Below, one piece after another: positions 1 to 8,047 of a stretch of 64,000 bases of DNA. Positions within the stretch are counted from its first letter, which is position 1. Each line of letters opens with the position of its first letter. Location: contig CAVXRD010000002.1 in the NCBI GenBank assembly GCA_963764165.1, positions 1,728,001 through 1,792,000 of the forward strand, given 5' to 3'. The notes under the pieces were generated by a model that saw nothing but the letters and a program-made list of their open reading frames with translations, was not told the DNA's origin and made no database searches. The translations under genes and the position numbers were made by a program. This DNA comes from an uncultured Verrucomicrobiae bacterium (GTDB lineage: Bacteria > Verrucomicrobiota > Verrucomicrobiia > Limisphaerales > Palsa-1400).

Positions 1-501
1 GCCTATTTGCTGAAAAACTGGATGGTAACGCGGCGCGAAGAAGAATGCAAAATTGTGCTCGCGCAGCGACCGCGCCGCCTGCTCGGGTGTCAAATTTATT
101 TTAATTCCGAGCGCCTCCAGCACATCGGCGCTGCCGGATTGGGAAGTGACGGCGCGATTGCCGTGCTTGGCCACTGGGACGCCCGCTGCCGCCACCACCA
201 GCGCCACCGTGGTGGAAATGTTAAACGTGTTCAAGCGGTCGCCGCCGGTGCCGCAGACATCGATGATTTGCCGCGCGCGAGTTTCGCTGTCGATGGGCGG
301 GACCACCGCAAGCTCGCGCAACTCCCGGGCGAAGCCGGCGATTTCCTCCGGCGTTTCGCCTTTCAGCGCGAGCGCGGTGAGAAATGCCGCCTTGATTTCG
401 ACGGTTGGAGCCGATCCCGCGAGAGCAGCCACGGCATCGCGCACCTGTTGATTGGTCAAAGGTTCGCGGCGCGAAAGTTGTTCAGCCAGGATATCGAGCA
501 C
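1..501 (-). CDS. trpD: Anthranilate phosphoribosyltransferase (N-terminal part; runs off window start)
   Basis: Manual minus-strand translation from GTG at 501: ...IIDVCGTGGDRLNTFNISTTVALVVAAAGVPVAKHGNRAVTSQSGSADVLEALG..., the TrpD PRPP-binding signatures (GTGGD, FNIST, KHGNR, SGSAD). Confidence 0.95.
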   Translation of the reverse strand, partial: MLDILAEQLSRREPLTNQQVRDAVAALAGSAPTVEIKAAFLTALALKGETPEEIAGFARELRELAVVPPIDSETRARQIIDVCGTGGDRLNTFNISTTVALVVAAAGVPVAKHGNRAVTSQSGSADVLEALGIKINLTPEQAARSLREHNFAFFFAPRYHPVFQQIG

Positions 502-570
502 ACTGGAATTGTAGGAAGAGAACAGGGATTTTGCCAGTGTCTTGAGCGTGGAGAGGCGCAGGGTCTCCGG

Positions 571-678
571 CGGAGCGCGACTGTGTCGAAGACCAGTCGC
601 AGCACGTTGAACGGAAGGCGCCCGCGTTGATCGCAGCGCTGCGGCTGATTCTTCGTCGCTTCGCTCCCGCGAACACAG
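571..678. repeat. Palindromic repeat family B (CGGAGCG-headed), degenerate copy
   Basis: cggagcgcgactgtgtcgaagaccagtcgcagc closely matches the left arm at 33596; the right arm (gctgcggctgattcttc...acacag) is interrupted. Confidence 0.75.
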
Positions 679-714
679 GTACCTCCGTTCAAGGTATATC
701 CGCTACCGCCACCA

Positions 715-3700
715 CTACCGCGCCGCGCGCGCGTGGCGCATGTCAAACGTGAACACCATTTCCCGATTTTTCTCCGGCGTGCGCAATTTCATCGCCCCGG
801 GTGTGTGGCCCTGGCGGAAGAATCGGGACAATCGGCGGCTCTCGGCTTCGTAGGCGTTGACGGGAAACGTGGTGTAACTGCGCCCGCCGGGGTGCATCAC
901 GTGGTAAGTGCAGCCTCCGATGCTGCGCTGGTTCCATTTATCGTAAATGTCGAATACCAAAGGCGTGTTCACACCGACTGTCGGGTGCAGGCAATTGGGC
1001 GGCTGCCATGCGCGATAACGGACGCCGCTGACGAACTCGCCGTTGGCCCCGGTCGGATGCAGCGGAATGGCCCAGCCTCCGACGGAGATAATGTGGCGCC
1101 CACCGGTCAATCCCTGCGCCTTGATTTGCAACCGTTCGGTCGAGGAATCCACGTAGCGCACGGTGCCGCCGGGGCCGGGTTCCTCGCCCAGGACATTCCA
1201 TGGCTCCAGCGCCTGGCGCAGCTCCAAATGAATATTGCTGACGTCGAGATCGCCGAATTGCGGGAAGCGGAATTCCATGTGCGGCCCGAACCATTCGGAG
1301 CGCATCGGGTAGCCGAACTCACGCAATTCCGCCAGCACCTCGCAAAAATCGTTCCAGACGAAATGCGGCAGCATCCAGCGGTCATGAATATCCGCCCCCC
1401 AGCGGACGAGCGATTGCGTGTAGGGCTTCTGCCAAAAACGGGAGACCAGCGCGCGCAGAAGAAGCTGCTGGGCCAGGCTCATGCGCGCGTGCGGCGGCAT
1501 TTCGAAGGAGCGCATTTCCAGCAAGCCGAGCCGACCGCTGGCGCTTTCCGGCGGATAGAGCTTGTCGATGGAAAATTCGGCGCGATGCGTGTTGCCGGTG
1601 GCGTCAATAAGAAGATTGCGGAACAGACGGTCGGTCAGCCACGGCGGAATGTATTTTCTGGCCGGCACCTGCTCAAAGGCCGCTTCCAATTCGTAAAGCG
1701 AATCATTGCGCGCCTCATCAACCCGCGGGCTTTGACTGGTCGGGCCGATGAACATGCCGCTGAACAAAAACGAGAGCGACGGATGATTCTGCCAATACGA
1801 CAAAAGCGAGCGCAGCAAATCCGGCCGGCGCAGCAATGGCGAATCCGCGGGAGTGGGTCCGCCGAGAACGATGTGGTTGCCGCCGCCCGTTCCCGCGTGA
1901 CGTCCGTCCTGCAAGAATTTCTCCGAGCCGAGGCGCGTTTGGAAGGCTTCTTCGTAAAGCGCCTCGGTGGTTTGCACCATTTCGTCCCAGGTGTTGAGCG
2001 GGTGCAGATTGACTTCAATCACGCCCGGGTCAGGCGTCACCTTGAGGACATTCAGGCGATGATCGCGCGGCGGCGTGTAGCCTTCGATGACTACTGGCGT
2101 GTCGAGTTGCTTCGCAGTTTCTTCGACGGCGGCAACGCACTCCAGATAATCCTCCAGCGCATGCACCGGCGGCATGAAAACGTGCAGGCGTCCCTCGCGC
2201 GGCTCGACGCACAGGGCCGTCCGCACCAGCCACCACGCCGATTGCCCCGGCGCGGGGGCGATGGTGGTGTCCGGCGGCGTAAAACGCGTCAACAATTGGC
2301 GGCGCGGCAGTTCTTTCTGCGGGGGGCGCGGCATTTGCGGTTGAAAATCCGGCTTCGGGCGAGTCGGAAGCTCCCCTCGTTCCTCCATCGGATCCTGCTC
2401 GTAAAGATACGGAAAATCGCCCGCCTTCGCCCACGGCAATGAATCGAGCGGCAAACGCAATCCCAACGGCGAATCGCCAGGAATGAGGAAGCAGCGTTCC
2501 GTGCGCAAAAACCACGGGCCAGTCGTCCAGCCGGATTTCTGGCCAGTCCAGCCGCGCTGCAAAGGAAGGACGTAGCCGACAACCTTATCCAATCCCTCCT
2601 CGAAAATGCGGGCCATGCGCGCCCGTTCCTCGGGATCCTTGAGATCGGATTTGAAGGGATCGACATTGGCCGGGAGGCGGCGCTCTTTCCACAGATAATA
2701 CCAAGTGTCCTCAAATGCCGGAAGGACGTGCTTGCCGCCGCAGCCAAGGCGCTGCGCCAGCGTCTGTATAAATTGCTCGGCTTCTTTTGCGCCGCGGCCA
2801 TAATTCTTTGCCTCGAGCGCGAACAATTCCTCATTCGCCCAAATCGGCTTGCCGTCTTTTCGCCAATACGCGGCAAAGGCCCAGCGCGGGAGAGGCTCGC
2901 CCGGATACCATTTCCCCTGGCCGTAATGCAGCAGCGCGCCCTTGGTGAAACGATTTTTCAGGCGGCGCATCAAATCGTCGGCCAGCTTTCGCTTGGTCGG
3001 GCCTTGCGCTGTCGTGTTCCATTCCGCGCCTTCGCGATCCGTCGTTGACACGAACGTCGGTTCGCCACCCATGGTAAGACGGCAATCGTGTTTGATTAAA
3101 TCCGCATCGACCTTGTGGCCTACCGTGACAATCTCGGCCCACTGCTCCTCGGTGTAAGGCTTCGTCACGCGCGGCGATTCGAACAGCCGCTTCACGGTCA
3201 TCTCAAATTTCAACTCACACTTGCTTTCATCAACCGCGCCGCTGATTGGCGCCGCGCTTTGCGGATCGGGAGTGGCCGCGAGGGGAATGTGACCTTCGCC
3301 AGCCATCAAGCCGGAGGTCGGATCGAGTCCGATCCAGCCCGCGCCGGGCAAATACGCTTCGCACCACGCGTGAAGATCAGTGAAATCAACTTGCGTCCCG
3401 CTGGGCCCGTCGAGCGCTTTGACATCCGGAGCCAATTGAATCAAATAGCCGCTGACAAAGCGCGATGCCAAACCGCAGTGCCGCAGCAATTGCGCCAGCA
3501 GCCATGCCGTATCACGGCACGAGCCGCTGCCTTTTTCGAGCGTTTCCGCCGGCGTCTGCACCCCCGGCTCGAGGCGGATGACGTATTTGATTTCGCGGCA
3601 AAGCTGCTGGTTGGCGGCGACTAAAAAATCAATCGTGCGTGGGCGATTTTCACCGGTGCGGCCTCCGATGATGCCGTTCATCCGATCGAGCGCGGCCTTG

Positions 3701-4080
3701 AACTTCGGCGTCAATTCGCACTTCAAATGGAACGGCTCCAATTCGTGCTTTAGCGAATCCGCATATTGAAATGGCATCCGTTCCGCTTCCGGCTCGAGGA
3801 AGAAATCGAACGGATTGAAGACCGCCATCTCCGCGACCACATCGACTTCGACTTCGAACTTGTCGGTTTTTTCCGGGAAGACGAGGCGAGCCAAATAGTT
3901 TGACTGCGGATCCTGCTGCCAGTTGATGAAATGTTTTTCGGGAAGGACGCGCAGCGAGTAGCTCAAGATCCGCGCGCGCGCATGCGGCGCGGGCCGCAGC
4001 CGCACCGTCTGCGGGCCGAGGTTCACCAGCCGGTCGTAGGTGTAGGTGGTGCGGTGGTGGATGGCAGCATGAATTGGCAT
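715..4080 (-). CDS. Large transglutaminase-like protein with C-terminal putative amidoligase (DUF2126-like) domain
   Basis: 1121 aa. N-terminal HRTTYTY...RLRP bacterial transglutaminase N-domain; catalytic GSCRD...LHAW...LDPT (Cys-His-Asp); then LTMGGEPTFV, TPDPGVIEVN, GTGGGNH and GNTHRAEF motifs. Confidence 0.9.
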   Translation of the reverse strand: MPIHAAIHHRTTYTYDRLVNLGPQTVRLRPAPHARARILSYSLRVLPEKHFINWQQDPQSNYLARLVFPEKTDKFEVEVDVVAEMAVFNPFDFFLEPEAERMPFQYADSLKHELEPFHLKCELTPKFKAALDRMNGIIGGRTGENRPRTIDFLVAANQQLCREIKYVIRLEPGVQTPAETLEKGSGSCRDTAWLLAQLLRHCGLASRFVSGYLIQLAPDVKALDGPSGTQVDFTDLHAWCEAYLPGAGWIGLDPTSGLMAGEGHIPLAATPDPQSAAPISGAVDESKCELKFEMTVKRLFESPRVTKPYTEEQWAEIVTVGHKVDADLIKHDCRLTMGGEPTFVSTTDREGAEWNTTAQGPTKRKLADDLMRRLKNRFTKGALLHYGQGKWYPGEPLPRWAFAAYWRKDGKPIWANEELFALEAKNYGRGAKEAEQFIQTLAQRLGCGGKHVLPAFEDTWYYLWKERRLPANVDPFKSDLKDPEERARMARIFEEGLDKVVGYVLPLQRGWTGQKSGWTTGPWFLRTERCFLIPGDSPLGLRLPLDSLPWAKAGDFPYLYEQDPMEERGELPTRPKPDFQPQMPRPPQKELPRRQLLTRFTPPDTTIAPAPGQSAWWLVRTALCVEPREGRLHVFMPPVHALEDYLECVAAVEETAKQLDTPVVIEGYTPPRDHRLNVLKVTPDPGVIEVNLHPLNTWDEMVQTTEALYEEAFQTRLGSEKFLQDGRHAGTGGGNHIVLGGPTPADSPLLRRPDLLRSLLSYWQNHPSLSFLFSGMFIGPTSQSPRVDEARNDSLYELEAAFEQVPARKYIPPWLTDRLFRNLLIDATGNTHRAEFSIDKLYPPESASGRLGLLEMRSFEMPPHARMSLAQQLLLRALVSRFWQKPYTQSLVRWGADIHDRWMLPHFVWNDFCEVLAELREFGYPMRSEWFGPHMEFRFPQFGDLDVSNIHLELRQALEPWNVLGEEPGPGGTVRYVDSSTERLQIKAQGLTGGRHIISVGGWAIPLHPTGANGEFVSGVRYRAWQPPNCLHPTVGVNTPLVFDIYDKWNQRSIGGCTYHVMHPGGRSYTTFPVNAYEAESRRLSRFFRQGHTPGAMKLRTPEKNREMVFTFDMRHARAAR

Positions 4081-4089
4081 GATGAGAGG

Positions 4090-5217
4090 TTACAAAGGTA
4101 GGGACGCCTCGCCGAGGCGTCCGGTTGCGTGTGTGTTCGCCCGCAGGTTGCGCATAATTGACGCCTCACCCCGGACGCCTCGGCGAGGCGTCCCTACCTT
4201 AATTTGCTGCTGCTGTTCTTCCTGTTGAATCATGATTTCGCCCGTGATGTTCGTGAAATCCTGGAAGATGTAAGCGTTGAAAGCCGCCTCGCCAATGGCG
4301 TTGAGCTTGCTTTGAAATTGATCGAGATAGGTGTGCAGACCGAGATCGAAAATTTCCTCGATGGTGCTGAATTGCAATTCGGCTTCCAACCGGCCTGCGA
4401 GTTTTTCGGCGTCGTTGCAAAATCTCCCGCTCGGCACGCCAGATATTTGGCGCAAAGCGCCGTTCAATTCCGCCACGCAAAAACGCGCCGACCGCGGGAA
4501 ATCCTCGTTGAAAAGCAAGAATTCCGCAACGTGCCTGGGATGAACATCCGCGCCGTGAATGGATTTGTATGCGTCCCACGCGCTGCACGAGCGCAACACC
4601 GCGGACCACCCCAGCGCCTCCGCCTGGCTCACGCTTTCCGGCAATCCTCGCTCCGGCAGGCTTTGATAGCGGACGTCAAGTATGCGGGACGTTTTGTCCG
4701 CCCGCTCAAGATATTGGCCGGCCATCGAAAACCACCAGCCTTCATTTCGCAAAATGGTGGCCCGGCCCAATCCGACCAGCAGCAATGAAGCGGATTTGAT
4801 TTGCTGAAAAAATTCGCTCGGGCTTTGCCGCCAGACTTTCCGCGCCTCATTCGAGCGAACGAAAAGATAGAGGCGGTTTAATTCCTCCCAGAATTCGATG
4901 GAAATCTGGTCGCGCACCATGCGGGCATTTTCGCGCGCCTGGCAGACGGAGGAGAAAATCGAATTCGCATTCTCCGGCTGGAAGACGAGAAATTCCGTCA
5001 CGGCATGGCCGGTCGCATTCTTGTGCAGCTCAAGGAACTGCTTTTCGTCACCCGTGCTCAGCAAAACAGGCATCCAGTATTGGGTCAGGCGCTCATCGTC
5101 CAGGCTGCGCATGTCCAGGATGAGTTGGAGATTCACATCGACGATGCGCGCGATGTTTTCGGCGCGCTCGATGTAGCGCGACATCCAGTAAAGGCAGTTG
5201 GCGACGCGGCTAAGCAT
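4090..5217 (-). CDS. Alpha-E domain protein (DUF403-like)
   Basis: MLSRVANCLYWMSRYIERAENIAR, ARENAR, GQYLERAD and FPRS motifs; sits directly downstream of the CP-ATP-grasp gene. The last ~36 codons run through a REP doublet. Confidence 0.9.
   Translation of the reverse strand: MLSRVANCLYWMSRYIERAENIARIVDVNLQLILDMRSLDDERLTQYWMPVLLSTGDEKQFLELHKNATGHAVTEFLVFQPENANSIFSSVCQARENARMVRDQISIEFWEELNRLYLFVRSNEARKVWRQSPSEFFQQIKSASLLLVGLGRATILRNEGWWFSMAGQYLERADKTSRILDVRYQSLPERGLPESVSQAEALGWSAVLRSCSAWDAYKSIHGADVHPRHVAEFLLFNEDFPRSARFCVAELNGALRQISGVPSGRFCNDAEKLAGRLEAELQFSTIEEIFDLGLHTYLDQFQSKLNAIGEAAFNAYIFQDFTNITGEIMIQQEEQQQQIKVGTPRRGVRGEASIMRNLRANTHATGRLGEASLPL
4095..4200. repeat. GTAG-REP doublet (REPIN-like), family A
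   Basis: aaggTAGGGACGCCTCGCCGAGGCGTCCgg ... ccGGACGCCTCGGCGAGGCGTCCCTACCtt: two inverted palindromic arms with a GTAG foot. Confidence 0.9.
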
Positions 5218-5219
5218 GT

Positions 5220-6659
5220 CTATTCATCTCCATACAAAACCCAGGTGTCCTTGCTCCCGCCGCCTTGCGACGAATTCACCACCAGCGAGCCTGCCCGCAG
5301 CGCCACGCGCGTCAATCCACCCGGCACCACCGTCGTTTTTTCGCCGCAAATAATGTAAGGACGCAGATCGATATGCCTCCCCTGAAAACCAGTCCCGTCC
5401 ACCATTGTCGGATGGCGTGAAAGCGAAATCATCGGTTGCGCGATGTAATTTCGCGGGTCGGCCTGAACACGCGCGCGGAAGGCCTCGATTTCCTCCGCCG
5501 TCGATTTCGGCCCCATCAACATTCCGTAGCCGCCGGATTCATTGGCGGCCTTCACCACCAGGTTGGAGAGATTTTCGAGGATGTATTTGCGATCCTCTTC
5601 TTCACTGGCGAGATAAGTCGGCACATTCGGAATGATCGGGTCCTGGCCGAGATAATATTTGATCATCCGCGGCACGAAATAATACATGACCTTGTCATCG
5701 GCGATTCCGGTGCCGATGGAATTGGCCAGCGAAACGTGGCCTGAGCGATACGCGTTGACGAGACCAGGAACGCCCAGCATGGAATCGCGGCGAAACACCG
5801 TCGGATCGAGAAAATCGTCGTCTATGCGCCGGTAAATCACATGCACCGGCTGCAAGCCTTTGGTCGTGCGCATGAACACGCGCGAATCGGTCACCAGCAG
5901 GTCGCGTCCCTCCACAATCTCGATTCCCATCTGCCGAGCGAGGTATGTGTGCTCGAAATAAGCGCTGTTGCAAGCGCCCGGTGTCAACAGCACAACCGTA
6001 GGATCCGCCACGCCCCGCGGCGCGATGTGCTGCAGCATCTTTAGCAATTCCTGCGGGTAATGATCGACCGGCCGCACGCCAATGCGCTCGAACAAGTCCG
6101 GAAAGCTTCGCTTCATCGCGCGCCGATTTTCCAGGACATAACTGACGCCGCTTGGGCAGCGTCCATTGTCCTCCAGCACCATGTAAGCGCCGTCCGACCC
6201 GCGAATCAGGTCCGTGCCGCACACATGGATGTAAATGTCCTTCGGCACATCGAACCCGACAAATTCGCGCCGGAAATGTTTTCCGGACAAAACGTAAAAC
6301 GACGGAATGACACCATCCTTCACAATCTTCTGCTCGTGATAAATGTCGTGCAGAAAAAGATTCAGCGCCGTGATGCGCTGGATCAAACCGCGTTCGAGAA
6401 ATTCCCATTCTTTGGCGGGAATCACGCGCGGGACGAGATCGAACGGAAAGATCCGCTCGGTTCCCTGGGAATCGCCATAGACATTGAACGTGATGCCCTG
6501 CCGCAAAAACGCGAGGTCGATGGAGTGGCGCTTCTCGGCGAATTCCTCAGGGCCGAGGCCCTGGAAAAGCGAAAAGAAGTGCTTGTAATGCGGGCGGATG
6601 TTGCCATCCAGATCCAGCATCTCGTCAAAAAAACTATCGTGATTGTAGCCGCGCAGCAT
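5220..6659 (-). CDS. Circularly permuted type 2 ATP-grasp protein (DUF404/407-like)
   Basis: 479 aa; [45 protein letters not shown] and [16 protein letters not shown] motifs. Confidence 0.93.
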   Translation of the reverse strand: MLRGYNHDSFFDEMLDLDGNIRPHYKHFFSLFQGLGPEEFAEKRHSIDLAFLRQGITFNVYGDSQGTERIFPFDLVPRVIPAKEWEFLERGLIQRITALNLFLHDIYHEQKIVKDGVIPSFYVLSGKHFRREFVGFDVPKDIYIHVCGTDLIRGSDGAYMVLEDNGRCPSGVSYVLENRRAMKRSFPDLFERIGVRPVDHYPQELLKMLQHIAPRGVADPTVVLLTPGACNSAYFEHTYLARQMGIEIVEGRDLLVTDSRVFMRTTKGLQPVHVIYRRIDDDFLDPTVFRRDSMLGVPGLVNAYRSGHVSLANSIGTGIADDKVMYYFVPRMIKYYLGQDPIIPNVPTYLASEEEDRKYILENLSNLVVKAANESGGYGMLMGPKSTAEEIEAFRARVQADPRNYIAQPMISLSRHPTMVDGTGFQGRHIDLRPYIICGEKTTVVPGGLTRVALRAGSLVVNSSQGGGSKDTWVLYGDE

Positions 6660-6888
6660 CAGTCAAATAGTTCCAAATTAGCCAGCCTGCCCAATTTGCG
6701 CCTTATAAAAAGGTTCGCCATCGCGATGGAAAGATTAAACCTCCATCCCGTTTTCGCGCCAATCGCCTTGCGGGCAAGGGGGTTCCCCCAAGCTTTCGCC
6801 AATGCGGCACCGCACCGCATTTCCCGCATGGACATTGCATTGCCAGTATAGCAATCCCCTTGCCGAACTCTCGAATTCTGCCTCAGCT

Positions 6889-6993
6889 AGGTAGGGACGC
6901 CTCGCCGAGGCGTCCGGTTGCGCGGGATTAATTCCACGGTCTCCCGATAAACAACACCGCACCCCGGAACGCCTCGGCGAGGCGTCCCTGCCT
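6889..6993. repeat. GTAG-REP doublet, family A
   Basis: aggtagggacgcctcgccgaggcgtccgg...ccggaacgcctcggcgaggcgtccctgcct. Confidence 0.9.
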
Positions 6994-6997
6994 TGCT

Positions 6998-7858
6998 TCA
7001 TTTTTGATTGGCTTCAGGCGTTACTTTGTCGATGTTCGGCGTGACGTCCGCGTCCACCTGGCCGGTTGACCACTTCAATCCGCCGAGCAAAATCTGCTGA
7101 AACGTCGGATCCATCCAAACTTCAATGCGATGCCCCAAACTGGTGTAGAAGACGCGCCCTTTGCCGTACATTTGAGCCCAAGTGGAGGGATAATTTGGGC
7201 GGTTATATGGCCCAATTTTTCCCATCTTCGCAGTGTCGTGATAAAGCAAAACGTGGAGATTTGGCGAAAAATTCTTCATCGAATACCACTCTTCCTCCGG
7301 GCCGTAATCATCCGCGACAGAACTGAGGCCGGGAAAATTGCGATCAGCCACCACCAAATGCCCCGGCACCCAGTGCTCGTAGTGCGTTACGAACTCGCCG
7401 CCGATCATTTGAATGAATGGATCGACCGTGTTGCCCTTGCTGTGAAACGTGTCTGTTGCGCTGTGAATGCCAACAAATCCCTTGCCGCCGCGAATTGCCG
7501 CGAGAAAAGCCTCTTTGCCGCCTTTGGGCATCGGCGGGTCATGGTGTTCGCCGAGTTCTGTCAAATCACCAGTCGTGTAAAAACAGAACGCATCGAAACT
7601 GGCGATTTTTTCCGGCGTAAAAATCGAACCGTCCTTCGTGAAGGTGAACCGCAAATTATTTGGAGGCCCCAATTCAGCCAGGATGCGCTCGGCCTGGCTT
7701 GGCCCGCCATTTTCGGAGCGAATCATGTCGTGCTGATAGCCGGACGATTTGGAGAAAAAGAGAATTTTCTTTGGAGTATCGCCGGCGCGCGCCCGCGGGC
7801 AAATGATCACCGCCGCGGCAAAGACAGCGGAGCAAACGAAGCAGAGGAAGTTTTTCAT
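6998..7858 (-). CDS. Secreted ThuA-like (class I glutamine amidotransferase-fold) protein
   Basis: Signal peptide; ILFFSKSSGYQH, GKGFVGIHSATDT, EEWY and GKGRVFYTSLGH motifs. Confidence 0.85.
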   Translation of the reverse strand: MKNFLCFVCSAVFAAAVIICPRARAGDTPKKILFFSKSSGYQHDMIRSENGGPSQAERILAELGPPNNLRFTFTKDGSIFTPEKIASFDAFCFYTTGDLTELGEHHDPPMPKGGKEAFLAAIRGGKGFVGIHSATDTFHSKGNTVDPFIQMIGGEFVTHYEHWVPGHLVVADRNFPGLSSVADDYGPEEEWYSMKNFSPNLHVLLYHDTAKMGKIGPYNRPNYPSTWAQMYGKGRVFYTSLGHRIEVWMDPTFQQILLGGLKWSTGQVDADVTPNIDKVTPEANQK

Positions 7859-8047
7859 TGGATCATCATTTTCTCCATCCAGTTAACCCGCTGCCACTCG
7901 CATTTGCCAACAAAAAGGCAGGAATGCATCGGCGCCTTCCCAATACGTCTTATAAGTCCTATAGGTACTATAAGTCCCATTCCCACTGGCCGGAAACCCT
8001 CGCATTTTGTGCTCGATTTCCCGCCCGGTTTGCGCCAGCCATTTCTG

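Noticed and set aside
7..630. 207 aa plus-strand ORF
   Set aside because: It is the shadow of trpD on the minus strand, which the ORF track omits because trpD runs off the window.
733..2442. 569 aa plus-strand ORF, and similar long ORFs at 26123-28897 (+), 33591-35105 (-), 40537-41463 (+) and 11360-12442 (+)
   Set aside because: They are antisense shadows of well-supported genes in GC-rich DNA and contain no recognisable motifs.
7130..8047. N-terminal extension of the GH2 ORF to 1268 aa
   Set aside because: It overlaps the ThuA gene antisense; the signal peptide begins near 8048.
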